Source: Macrostomum lignano
Lineage: Eukaryota
NCBI GenBank assembly: GCA_002269645.1
Contig: NIVC01000359.1
Location: 124,001 to 188,000, forward strand
Direction of reading: 5' to 3'
DNA length: 64,000 nucleotides
Part shown: positions 24,701 through 36,004 of the stretch, piece after piece
Position numbering within the stretch: position 1 is the first letter of the stretch
Layout of the letters: each line of letters opens with the position of its first letter
Notes under the pieces: model-generated
What the model saw: only the letters and a program-made list of their open reading frames with translations
The model's database searches: none
What the model was told of the DNA's origin: nothing
Position numbers and translations under genes: made by a program

Positions 24701-25794
24701 CGGTTCAATAAATGGCCTGCTCATTGCGTCTTTGCGGAATAGTCGCTCCTAAAATTAAAATTAATGAATTCCGTTTGTGGCTTAAATTAAAGGTTGAGGT
24801 GAATTTAAGGTATTAAGGATACTGGCACAATCCAATGATCTGAAGGAAACGGCACCGACACAACCTACAGAGTTGAAGGAAACGGCACCGACACAACCTA
24901 CAGAGTTGAAGGAAACGGCACCGACACAACCTACAGAGTTGAAGGAAACGGCACCGACACAACCTAAGGATCTGAAGGAAACGGCACCGACACAACCTAC
25001 AGATTTGAAGGAAACGACACCGATACAACCTACAGATTTGAAGGAAACGACACCGACACAACCAAGGATCTGAAGGAAACGGCACCGACACAACCTAAGG
25101 ATCTGAAGGAAACGGCACCGACACAACCTACAGAGTTGAAGGAAACGGCACCGACACAACCTACAGATTTGAAGGAAACGACACCGACACAACCAAGGAT
25201 CTGAAGGAAACGGCACCGACACAACCTAAGGATCTGAAGGAAACGGCACCGACACAACCTACAGAGTTGAAGGAAACGGCACCGACACAACCTACAGAGT
25301 TGAAGGAAACGGCACCGACACAACCTAAGGATCTGAAGGAAACGGCACCGACACAACCTACAGATTTGAAGGAAACGACACCGACACAACCTACAGATTT
25401 GAAGGAAACGACACCGACACAACCAAGGATCTGAAGGAAACGGCACCGACACAACCTAAGGATCTGAAGGAAACGGCACCGACACAACCTACAGAGTTGA
25501 AGGAAACGGCACCGACACAACCTACAGAGTTGAAGGAAACGGCACCGACACAACCTAAGGATCTGAAGGAAACGGCACTGACACAACCTCAGAAAGTAAA
25601 AGTAAAATACAATAACTATTTCCCAACATAAAAGATAAGTGCTAAGGAGAACTTACAGACAGATACTTAAAACTCGAATGATTATAATCAATCGTTTTTC
25701 TGAACACAGCTTTCTTGGCTCGTTTGCCATCATATCCAGCTGGAATGTGCTCGGAGTCATCCATGCCCATTGCAAAGTTGCGCTCTGAATCCAT
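3753..25794 (-). CDS. WDR33: Pre-mRNA 3'-end processing WD-repeat protein WDR33 (Pfs2 orthologue), 11 exons, about 759 aa
   Basis: Exons in transcription order: 25794-25657, 24748-24680, 24597-24493, 24402-24307, 23354-23203, 21331-21234, 20429-20303, 19806-19462, 19358-19037, 18475-18076, 4180-3753. All junctions are GT..AG and phase-compatible (2280 nt total). Peptides match WDR33: [100 protein letters not shown]. The last exon is assigned on phase match and G/P-rich composition only. Confidence 0.93.
4245..4700. repeat. 18-bp minisatellite (CTACCCACCAAGTCTACT)n with a degenerate tail to about 5100
   Basis: About 25 tandem copies near the acceptor end of WDR33 intron 10. Confidence 0.93.
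5723..6323. repeat. 22-bp minisatellite (GGGAATGAAGGTTAGGCAACTA)n, left part
   Basis: Tandem copies; the same array resumes at 11508-11551 and 16730-17562 around the inserted elements. Confidence 0.95.
6437..8500. repeat. About 51-bp GC-rich internal minisatellite (GCCCCCACGCCCCTGGCATTAGTTAGTCTAGTGGTATAGTGGGGGCTGGCC)n
   Basis: About 40 copies; adjacent units form a GGGGGC-tggcc-GCCCCC hairpin. Confidence 0.95.
8811..8878 (-). other. tRNA-derived (SINE-head-like) segment with Pol III A and B boxes, copy 1
   Basis: Minus strand GTGGCTCAGTGGCA (A box) ... GGGTTCGATTCCC (B box/T-loop); no convincing acceptor or anticodon stems. Confidence 0.55.
9324..11030. repeat. Diverged internal direct duplication of about 880 bp within the Helitron-like element
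   Basis: CTCAAAAATACGAATTTTCCAGCCATATTGGCGTATGACCGGTG begins units at about 9324 and 10207; colinear similarity continues for about 800 bp. Confidence 0.85.
11664..13720. repeat. About 51-bp internal minisatellite, copy 2
   Basis: Same unit and same order of variant units as 6437-8500. Confidence 0.95.
14032..14099 (-). other. tRNA-derived A/B-box segment, copy 2
   Basis: Identical to 8811-8878. Confidence 0.55.
16730..17562. repeat. 22-bp minisatellite (GGGAATGAAGGTTAGGCAACTA)n, right part
   Basis: Tandem copies continuing the array at 5723-6323. Confidence 0.95.
17575..18032. repeat. 20-bp minisatellite (GAAGCCAATTGAGACAAACG)n
   Basis: About 23 copies near the donor end of WDR33 intron 10. 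Confidence 0.95.
18632..18975. repeat. 31-bp minisatellite (CAGAGACACAATGTCTGTCCGGATAATCAAG)n
   Basis: About 11 copies in WDR33 intron 9. Confidence 0.92.
19826..20255. repeat. 23-bp minisatellite (GGGGGCGATTCTCTGGTCTGGTT)n
   Basis: About 18 copies in WDR33 intron 7. Confidence 0.95.
20545..21085. repeat. 20-bp minisatellite (CTGAACATCTCCACCGACAC)n
   Basis: About 26 copies in WDR33 intron 6. Confidence 0.93.
21760..22700. repeat. 23-bp minisatellite (GGATTAAGGGTTGGGCTGAGACC)n
   Basis: About 40 copies in WDR33 intron 5. Confidence 0.95.
23420..24240. repeat. Compound minisatellite with core CTACCCAATGACCGA; unit changes from 27 to 36 to about 32 bp
   Basis: Tandem copies in WDR33 intron 4 with progressive unit change. 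Confidence 0.92.
24835..25590. repeat. 33-bp minisatellite (GAAGGAAACGGCACCGACACAACCTACAGAGTT)n
   Basis: About 23 copies in WDR33 intron 1. Confidence 0.95.
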
Positions 25795-27518
25795 GTTGAT
25801 GCAGTTGTATTGGCAAACTTGGTTGTTTAACTAATTTACTATTGCCTGCTAACAATTTCTATCAGTGTCATAGCTGAAAACAATTGAGCAGTTTTTTAAA
25901 AATATATAGAAACTTTACAGTTTATAATATTTTCCAGTTATTAATTAAAGCCATTTATTTGGTATAGCTCAATTGAAAAAGTTTAAACAAATCTATAAAA
26001 AAGAAAGAAATCAAAGCTACGCATCTTTAAAATAGGCACAACTGTTCCTATAGGCAATAAACCATTAGAAAAGAAATACTTACATAGCTTCAAATAGATA
26101 TAATGTAAGATATATATGTAATGTTTTTTCTTGACTATGGCCTACTACCCAACTATAATATGTGGATAGCATTGACAATTTATGTTAATGCTTGAGTCCT
26201 AAATTCTAAGGACTTGAGAGCTTTGCTCATTTTGAAACTGGCAACATTCATTTTTTTCTACTATCCCAACTATTAAAGAAATAGCTCCAATGGTCTTTTA
26301 AATCTTAGTTAAGTAATATTATTAGATACAAGAACTAGATATGTGAAATACAAGTTCCTATAACCATATTTGTATTTATATGCTTTGTTAAAAAACCTTT
26401 ATATCTATGACTAACTTTCTATAGCTATATCCATAGCTATAGTACTACACTCTCAAATCTATTACATGTAATATGGTATGCTGGAAGAAGTGACCCCCTA
26501 TAAGCCTATTATATTTTCAAATTTATACTAGAAAACAAATTTACTTGTGATATGCCTTTATTATTAATAGATACAATAAAGGATCTTTTTTGTATTGTGA
26601 CAAAAAGGACATTTTTGCATTGCAACAATAAAAGACTTTTTGCATTAGACCTACAACTATAAACAACCCTTTCTTGCAAGTTATGAAATTTCCATCTTTT
26701 GTATTCCAATAGCTATGCCATCCAATAGCTTGGTGCCACAATTTTTAGGAAGATTGGTCCATATCCCAAATATTTTATGTTAACCAATTTTTCATTGCCA
26801 TTGTATACCAGACTTTTCTAGCATATATATAAGATTTGGGTCTGGGGCTATGGACTAGGGACCTATATGAACTCTATTTTTATTAATGACAATACATAAA
26901 GGATTAAAAATATAAAAAAAGAGATATTGGACATAGAAATTAGTTAAGTAATAAGAGTTGGGTTTTCTTTTTTGCCAGAGACAAGGTGCAAAATTGCACC
27001 CTATGCTTACTTTCAGGGTGCAATTGTAAAGCTCAGAGTGCAATTTCTCTTTTTTCTTATTTAAAGGCAGTGGAAATGGGCTTCAATAGAAAAAATGTTA
27101 TGTGACCACACCTACTAAACTACATCCACTTTTCAATTTCAGAGTGCAATTTTAAAATTGCTTCCTAATTAATTTGGCAATAAGCTAATATGGTGACAAC
27201 TGATTTGGCAACAAGTCAATTCTGCGATAGCCAATTTGGCGAATGCTAAAGGTTAAAGAAAGCTACAAAACTTATTGAAATTTAACAAATTATCATTTAT
27301 CCTTGCCATTCAAATAAAGGTAATTTTGTTTTAATCATGCCAAATTATAACATATTTTCATGTAGGTGCATAGGGCCTATACACCCCCTAGCTTGGAGTC
27401 TTGGATTTGGAGTGAGTACATTTTTAAGTCCAGATGGAATAGGGACAACTGTCTCAAAGGCAATCAACCATAAGTTTATATAGTTCATTTGATTAGAAAA
27501 AAATATATATATATATAA

Positions 27519-27698
27519 ATTTACTTGTGCCTGACTTTAATAATCCATGTGTCACAAATTAATGTTGCTGCTGTTTCTTCTAGTATTGCAATATATATAT
27601 TCCGCTTAATATATTAATATATATATTGCAATACTAGAAGAAACAGCAGCAACATTAATTTGTGACACATGGATTATTAAAGTCAGGCACAAGTAAAT
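27519..27698. repeat. Perfect inverted repeat with 83-bp arms and a 14-nt loop
   Basis: 27519-27601 is the exact reverse complement of 27616-27698. Confidence 0.95.
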
Positions 27699-29234
27699 AT
27701 AAGAAAGTAAAACTTATAGTAACAGTATCTATTGAAGTTGTCACTGCAACGATCTAACCTAGTCAAGGTCCTAGTTCATTGTATTATATACCTTATATAC
27801 ATTATATAGGTATATAATGAAAAACAGCCTCTTAGTAGAAAGCATCTGCAAACTTGCTATCTGACAGCTTGCTAAGCTGTGGCCTCAAAATCTAGGCCTA
27901 TGATAATAGCTATAGGTTATGCATAGTGGCACAAGACTAGACAATAGTAAGCAACAAACATTTATACTCAGCAACATTGAAAAGTCGCCACCTTTTATCC
28001 TAGTGAGCCATGTCTTTCGACCAGCATCTATCACCCGGCCAACCACTTTGATATTAAAAATTGCTTGAAATTGAAAAAACAATGGAAACCAAGTGGAAGC
28101 TTTAATCTATCCAATCTTTGCTTACTGCTTTTCCCAATCTCTTGTCACCTAGCCCAGCTTTGTGTTGCATGGCGCAAGTTGTGTCACTCAAAAGTCAATA
28201 CCATCCTGAGCTAAAATCTTCATTATCAATTGTGCACTATCAAAGGTGGCGACTTTTTAATATTGAGTATATTTGTTTTATTATAAGCCTAGTAAAACAA
28301 CAGTCTCAAATCCGAATAAAAATGTGAACTCAAACGCAATGCAACCAAATTACTGCCCTGTTTTAACCAAATTACTGCCCCATCATATGTTGCCAAACTG
28401 ACTAGGCCTATTGCCAAATTGCCTATTGCAAGTCAACCTATTGCCTTGGCCTTATTGCCAAATTAACTGGCTCTGCGCACAAAAATAAACCCAGAATAAG
28501 ACAGTTATTTAAAAAGTATTAGAACCTTATAACAATTTTTTTGGGCAAAAAATGATCATAGACATAGTGCTTGCTGAAAAAGCTCTATCAGGCCTAGGCA
28601 ACAGGAAAAATGCCTTACACTTACAAAATGCCTACAAAATGTTCAAATCAAAATGATAAACACAAAAGTTTTTAACCTTTTTACTTATTACTTTTTAAAA
28701 TTAAGGTGTCTTTCTACTCAGGCAAATAAGATTTATTAAATGGAATAGAAAAAAACTTTGAAAGTCTACATAGTCCGAGAGTCCTTTTTTATTGAAAACA
28801 ATAATAAGAAAAAGGTTAGACGTATCTGAACAGGCTAAGCACATTCTTAATCAATAATCGACATTATAAAGATTCAGTCTTAGATGTGAAGTAAATCCAG
28901 CAATAACGTATTAAGTAAGTAAAAATAACTGAAATAAGTAAACATCGATCTTTGTCGCGTTATGACGATGATGATAATTTTCCGTTTAACGTGTCGAAAA
29001 ATATAGTAAAAACTGCTTTTAAATTTTTATTCACAAATTTTCTTGCTATAACAAAAAACAATCAGGACTTAAAAAGATATAATGCTGAATATAAACTAGA
29101 AACTGTGCACCAATATTCTAATCTGCTAGGAGCACAAACAGGGCAACTCACTTCGCCCTTTTCATTCTTCAATCATTTATTCTTTCACTAGATTTCGAAT
29201 ATTTTTGTCATTTGTGAGCGCCATTCATTTCAAA

Positions 29235-29489
29235 GGGCCTTTTCATATTACCAATTCCAGAACCAGAATCGGTTCGGAATTCCAAGAAAAACAGCAGTAT
29301 AACTATTAAACTCTTTTAATATTTGACTGCCTTAGCAACCTAACTTAGCACAATTTTTCACTTTTGGCGATTGTCAATCAATAATAAAAACTTTATAGCA
29401 CGTATCTCCCTCTAGTTATGGAGACAAAAAGTTATACTTCACAAATTGGTTCTGGTTCTGGAACCAGAGCAAGCAATATGAAAAGGCCC
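29235..29489. mobile_element. 255-bp MITE, PIF/Harbinger (Tourist)-like
   Basis: 15-bp perfect TIR GGGCCTTTTCATATT / AATATGAAAAGGCCC, further internal inverted TTCCAGAACCAGAA, AAA on both flanks (possible 3-bp TSD). Confidence 0.62.
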
Positions 29490-30865
29490 AAAGTGGCGGC
29501 CTTTGGGTTCGCCAAAATATAAAAATTCTACATTTTTATTAATTTTTTATCCTAAATTTTAGTGTGCCTCATTAAGCAATATAATCACTCCCATTATACA
29601 CTGCGCTCTAATCTTCGTTGTGAATTTCATATGCTTTAGAGTAAATTCAAAGGCATTTGTAAAGCAATTGTGTCCACATTGGTTTACGTACGTGTAAAAT
29701 TTTGGCCCAGCAGCGGCGTCGTCGCCATGGATTTTATGGTGGGGGAAAAAGCCATGAATTTTACATGTACATGTAAATTACTCTATTCCTACATGTACAT
29801 CATTTGCCAAACGGTGTAATGGTAGTAGCACTCATTTTTGCGTCGTAGCAGGCAGGCACTCATTTTGGCGTTGCAGGTGTACTTAATTGGCGCCGCAGGC
29901 GCTATATTTTAGCGCCATAAAGCAAAATTTTTGAATTCCAGAACGGGCCACAGGTGTGGTGAGGGAATTATGCATTATGTTGTACTCACGACTCTCAGGA
30001 GGGGTGCGCCTACATACGAATGTCAGAGTACGCGGGCCCGTGCTGGCCTGCGTCATGGCGCGAATGTCCGCACAGGACCCTAAGTCTGGGGCGTCAGGAC
30101 GCACCCAAGTGGCCGGCACACGCGTATAGGGACGCTGTGATGTCGATCACCTTCAGCAGGGCGTCAGGGCGCACGAGCTGGCGTCAACGTACAGCGGGCT
30201 TACGGTTCAGGGTGGTCCCTGGCTGACTACGGCCTAGTCCCCCCTTAGTCGGCGTCAGGACACACGGACTGCCCCTGCTACAGCTCGCCCTTGCGCGTGC
30301 GGTCAATTAATTGCAGCTGAAGTCTGTTCGCGACTGGCAGACCCGACGGTCAATGTTGTTTATTGTTTGTGTTTGTGTGGTAGGGGGGACGGTCCACAGA
30401 TACTATAATAACTAGATAGGCCACTCAGCACATACGCTAACATTCTACTTTCAGTTCAGTAGAAATATAGGCATTTTTCGATTTTTTTCCATAAAATGTG
30501 TAATTTTGGTAAAGAAAAATCGATTAAGATATTTTTTATCCTTTTTAGGAGGATGAGTATGATATATTTGCGATAGTATCGTGAGGAGAATACATAGCAC
30601 AAACAGAAATTACAGCAAACAGTAGCAGATATATGAAAATGAGCAATTCACTTTAATATATACGTTTTAATACATACATTTTAATGCATACTTAGATGAT
30701 AAAAATCATATTAAGTACAAAATAGACGCTGGCAAAAAAACAAAAATGCTATAGAAAGCGCCGAAAATTCTCTTCAAGACGAATTTTGTCAGAAAAATAT
30801 AGAACCAACTAAATTCCGGAATAGCAGCAAACCATCGATGTAAAAAGTATTGTTAATGCAAATAT

Positions 30866-33800
30866 CTAGTTAAATTTCTTGACTTTTCGCAATGCAGAGT
30901 ACTTAGAATGGACATCCGCGCGCATCCTACATCGGCACCAATGGTGTAAACGCAGACGCAAAAATGCTTTAAATAAACGGTCTTGCACTTGTTCGAAATG
31001 CGTTTCACAAGCTGGGAAGGAAATTCCAGATGATACGAGCTACAAATATTTGTTTTACTCGGAATGCAACTTTCGGCTGCACAATGAAGGCTGCTGATTG
31101 AGCGCTGAAGATGGCTTCCATTTTGTTAAAGCTTTGCAGTGCAGTTGGCGAAGGCAGTTTTAGGCCACAGACCGCGTGAGACAGCGTCTTATGCCGTAGA
31201 TGCACTCCAGTAGGATTCGTAGCAGTCAAAACCAACTTGCAGCTCTGGCATTCCAGGACGCCACTCTTATTGAGCACAAAGCCGCCCACATACTCGGTCG
31301 CTTCTTCTAGAATTGAATCATGAGCCGGCTGCTCTTGTTGTATCAATATTTTGGAAATAGTCGCATCACCCCGATCATCAGCCTTTGAATCACTCGCGGC
31401 AGACGTGCTGGTCGTGCTGAGTTCAACAGCTGCACAGTCTGCTGTGACTGCAGCTACACAGCCGTCGTCTTCGCAGTTTCTGGCCGCAGAATCTGGCTGG
31501 GAGAGGCCACTGGCAGCTACAGATCGCAGTGCCCCAAGAAACGCTGCAATCTCAGGCTTTTCGTTGAAGCCATTGCGGCCACGGATGATGCAGAACAGAT
31601 TCTGTAATTCAAGTTTATACATGCATTTTACTTTAAATAAATTTACAACTTTAGATAGTCAGTCAGTCAGTCAGTCAGTCAGTCAGTCAGTCAGTCAGTC
31701 AGTCAGTCAGTCAGTCAGTCAGTCAGTCAGTCAGTCAGTCAGTCAGTCAGTCAGTCAGTCAGTCAGTCAGTCAGTCAGTCAGTCAGTCAGTCAGTCAGTC
31801 AGTCAGTCAGTCAGTCAGTCAGTCAGTCAGTCAGTCAGTCAGTCAGTCAGTCAGTCAGTCAGTCAGTCAGTCAGTCAGTCAGTCAGTCAGTCAGTCAGTC
31901 AGTCAGTCAGTCAGTCAGTCAGTCAGTCAGTCAGTCAGTCAGTCAGTCAGTCAGTCAGTCAGTCAGTCAGTCAGTCAGTCAGTCAGTCAGTCAGTCAGTC
32001 AGTCAGTCAGTCAGTCAGTCAGTCAGTCAGTCAGTCAGTCAGTCAGTCAGTCAGTCAGTCAGTCAGTCAGTCAGTCAGTCAGTGAGTCCTCATTGATTCC
32101 CCCTTGAGCAGTGGCATCTCATTGAATTTGATTCAGTGACTTGAGTCATCTGATTCTGTGACTGATGAGTCATCTGACTCTGTGCGTGCATCAATATGGT
32201 ATATTAGAAGTACATATTTCAGCTAAGTACTATTGCTCTCTGCACCTGTGATTACACTATTTTTACATTTGTAAAATGTTTGATTTAAAGTACGAGTATC
32301 AAGGTAACTCACCTCAACGTGATCCTGTGTTAGTCTTCGCGTGCACACGAACTCGTAGTGCTCATCTTGAATCAACGCTGTGCTGAGCTGTCGTATTGCA
32401 GAAGTCGACAGAATCAATGCTTCTTTGAATTTCATAGTCGCCTTTAGCGACTTTCCGCTGCTAGGAAGGAACTGCCAGCTTCTGATGAAGGCTTCGACGC
32501 TGCGCAACTCGTCAATCTTCTCTGCAAGCGAATTTCGCGTGATCGGCTGCTTAAATCCTTTGTCGAAAATGTGCGTTGAATTCAACAAGTCGAATGCATC
32601 ATTGACTCTCTGCACAAAATCTGCTGTCTGCAAGGCATCGATAGGCAGTTCTTGATGATGCACTAGTGTCTTGATTCCGCTGGCAACCGAGTGACTAAAG
32701 ATCTGAGCGGCTAGGGAGACCTTCATTTTCTGGCCCAATTGAAGGTTGAAGTGCGCATCGCTCAGCCAACTCGCCAGTCTAAGCGATCGGCTGCTGTCCC
32801 TTTCGTAGAAGTCGACTAGGTCTTGCCATCTTGCTTGCTTGTCTCCATCGAAAATGATGTTGTTCTTCATGAGGGCATTGCGCGCATTCTTTAGGCAGTG
32901 CGGGACATCGATAATCACAAATATGGGCTTTTGTGTCACAGGATGGTTTAGAAATGGAGCCGCAGGATTTACCTAAACAAATAAAAAGTTGCAAGGCTTA
33001 AAGTAATCAAAACGTTTACTGGCACAAATAACATTGATTTTTTTATTTTGAAGTTTTAAATCTCGAAACAATAGCAATATAATTTTTAGTGCGAAATAAA
33101 TTTTTAATATATCCAAACTTGAGCATTATTTCCTCTATGCTTTAATATTTATAAGGGATTATATCATTAAAGTACTGAACTCACCAGTTTGCTGAGGTAG
33201 GCCCCATTGTGTAGTTTCTTGGTCAACAACCAGTGCGACAACCCGAACTCCAGCTTCATGGGCAGCGCGAAGGCACTCGTCTATCGCAGACTTAAATCGA
33301 AGCTGACCGAGGGTTCTATGTACTTGATAGTATGCAATTGGTTGCTTCCAGTTGCTCCAGATTCCACGGAGAACAGCAACAACGGCTTCATTTACGGGTC
33401 TCTGAAGATTTTGCTCAAGGTCCTCAGCAGAGTGTTCATCATAGCCTACGACTCGGTCACCATGATGGTCGTAGCGGATGCTGGCTGATAAACTCATGCC
33501 ATCCAAGCAGAGAGTTGCTAGTCGCTGTGGCTCGGGGTCATTAGCAAGCTTTTCATGCAACAGCTTGATCGTTTTTTGGCAGACACCAGGGGATGAAAAG
33601 AACTGCCGGGTTCGCCGCTTCAGCGATGACTCGGATGGAAGTGGAAAATTCCACTTGTTGCGCAGCATTCGGTAGGCAGCTGGGCTCTTGTGGTGCAGCT
33701 GGATAGATTCGGAAATACTTTTCTTTGACCATCGCATTCCACGGGAATCAACAAACTGCTGCTTGATGCTGCTCTGAATCACTCGACTCATTGTCGCACT

Positions 33801-34395
33801 TTTGAATTTTGTTGCTTTTGCCTTGGCGATCTGGTCTTGAAGTCGCTTGATGGTTACGCCCTGTCGGTAGATGCAATCCATGTAGGATTTTTTCCTCTGC
33901 TGAACCGGGACATCGGATAGCTGCAATCTTTTCGGGAAAATGATGGACGAAGCAGATTTTGTCGACCTTTTGCTCCCATTGTAATGGTTTCTCGGCACTT
34001 GTCGAAATGCAGTCAAATCGCTGAAGTTCGGGCGGGTACATATTATCCGCCTCCTCATCCGTTCTCACAACAGATGGTTCCAGGTCTTCTCGAACAAGGC
34101 GAGGCATTACTAGCTCCTTGTCTGGCAAAGCGTTCCATCGCAGGCGAGAAGTTTGGTCATGTCGTTGAAGCTCACAATTATAGGCAGAGTCTGTAAAATG
34201 CTTACTGCATATTCTTAGGCATTTTCTTCTTATTTCATTGAGATCCATGAAGTTGAGCTCTAAGATTTGCTGCCAGCGTTTTGCCACATTGTCGTCGTTT
34301 GGAAAGCGATGAAGGCGAATCGGAATTCCGTCTTTAACTGGCGATGTAACGGAACTCGTACAGCCAGAAGCGCAGCAAAGCCGACTATTTAGCAT
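30866..34395 (-). pseudogene. THAP-domain P-element transposase (THAP9-like), 3 exons, three apparent frameshifts
   Basis: THAP motifs CCASGC..LHRFP..RW..ICSKHF..NALP. Transposase motifs LCLDGMSL, VVDQ, IIDVPHCLKNARN, QKMKVSLAAQIFSHSVA, RRLTQDHVE|NLFCIIRG and FLRLRLHHWC. Exons about 34395-33185, 32972-32313, 31601-30866. Frameshifts near 34000, 33202-33205 and about 31040. Confidence 0.88.
31657..32083. repeat. (AGTC)n microsatellite, about 106 perfect units, in P transposase intron 2
   Basis: Uninterrupted tetranucleotide run. Confidence 0.98.
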
Positions 34396-35409
34396 AGTCA
34401 GCAAATCAATTTTATGTGTAATAAACCACTGAAACGAGGAGATACTCTATGCAGACTCTATTAATAAATCTTATTTTATTGAAGAAATCTTTACAATATC
34501 TTATATTAATAAAGGCAGGCACTTCGAGTCGAGAAAATGAACAGAGCTTGTCTTGTTAATTGTGTTTGCGAAATCTAGTTTGTTTTATAGCATCTGTGGT
34601 GGGCTCTGTGGGTGGGTTAACTGTGGGTGGGCTAGACTGTTGCGATCCTATCTTAATTCTTAATTCCTTACTTCTTATTGGCTCACGTAGCGACCCTATA
34701 ACCCTCCCCACTCCAACTCCGCGCGCCTATATAGATATAACCCTGTACAGTTAACCCCCACCTCTTTTTATTTCCTCCCCAAGCGCTCTCTCGTCCAACT
34801 GCTATATACTCGTACATTTTAGTGGCATTAGTCAATGTACAATCAGCTGAACTCATTAAGTTGTTTACGTCTGCATGCTCCACTCGTAAGCCGCCCACTG
34901 TCGTTTTATATAATATAGCTTATGAATGCTTTACTTGCTACTGAACTGAAAGTAGAAAAACGAAAAACCAAGGACATTTGCCTAAGTGGCCTATCTAGTT
35001 ATTATAGTATCTGTGGGACGGTCTAGAGAAGCGGTAGTCGGCGCGTTCCAGGCCTGCGTTGGAGAGCGCAGAAAACACACGAGCGGGCAGCTACCCGCCC
35101 CAACCGCGCCTTTAAAGGCCACGACCCACCCAGGGTCGGCCCCCACGCCACCCCCGCCCCACCACCAGCCCAGCCACCCACCGGCCAATCACGGCGCAGC
35201 TGGGGGAGGGGCAGCCCGGGGTGAGGGCCAGACAGGGCGGCTCAGCCAACCAGCGCGCAGACAACACAATGGCAGCTAAGCGGCTTAAACCGCTGAGCAT
35301 ATAACACCAAAACAAATACGGCGGTATGCCGCGTGGGGGGGCAGAGGGCAGAGTGCACTTTGGCAGGGCAAGCGCACGGGCACAACAATTAGAATGGTCC
35401 CTCCATATA

Positions 35410-36004
35410 TACTCAGCAACTGTCAAAAGTTCCACCCTCTAAGCGAGATGAATTTTCTTCGTGATGAACGGCACGCGCGAGTCTTCTTATTGCTACTTGA
35501 GTTGACCAGGATAACAATAACGCGCCACCACACCGAGCCGATGCTGTTAGTCAACTAAAAGAACAGCTACAGCTGATTCCCGGTCCCCAGACATGAATCC
35601 CATCAAGCATGTCTCGTGGGACTTTCTAAAACGCAGCATTCGAAAAGAGAATCCACCACAGAATGTTGCGGAGCTGCGTCATGCCATTGACAACGCTTGG
35701 CAGCAGCTTCTCCAGGACTTTCTGCGCCGCCTCATCCTGAGGATGCCCCGCAGAGTCGCCGCACTTCTGTGTGCGAGGGGATCCCACACGCGTTATTAAG
35801 CATCGCAATGCTAACTGCTTATATTGCATAAAAATAAACTTATGATTTTGTGCGACTGACGTTAGATTCGATAAACTTTCCTTTCCTCGCGGCTGCTTAG
35901 TTGCGTAACTTGAGGGTTGAATTGTGATGAGTGAGAAGTTGTCGCAATAAGTGAGAAAATTTTCATCTCGCTTGGAGGGTGGAACTTTTGACTGTTGCTG
36001 AGTA
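35410..36004 (+). mobile_element. Internally deleted Tc1/mariner element
   Basis: About 43-bp TIRs TACTCAGCAACTGTCAAAAGTTCCACCCTCTAAGCGAGATGAA (2 mismatches between ends) flanked by TA; 35593-35799 encodes a Tc1 transposase C-terminus (PDMNPIKHVSWDFLK...MPRRVAALLCARGSHTRY). Confidence 0.85.

Larger units (their letters stand above)
30395..35015 (-). mobile_element. Full-length P-superfamily DNA transposon (4621 bp)
   Basis: Perfect 31-bp TIRs CACAGATACTATAATAACTAGATAGGCCACT (30395-30425 and 34985-35015); 8-bp TSD GGACGGTC (30387-30394 and 35016-35023); encodes a THAP-P transposase. Confidence 0.93.
29978..35387. mobile_element. Solo LTR (about 780 bp net), interrupted by a P element
   Basis: TGTTGT...ACAACA termini with a 4-bp TSD ATTA (29974-29977 and 35388-35391); GC-rich non-coding sequence on both sides of the P insertion. 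Confidence 0.62.

Noticed and set aside
17499-25586. Many repetitive ORFs ([36 protein letters not shown] and others)
   Set aside because: Translations of intronic minisatellites inside WDR33 introns
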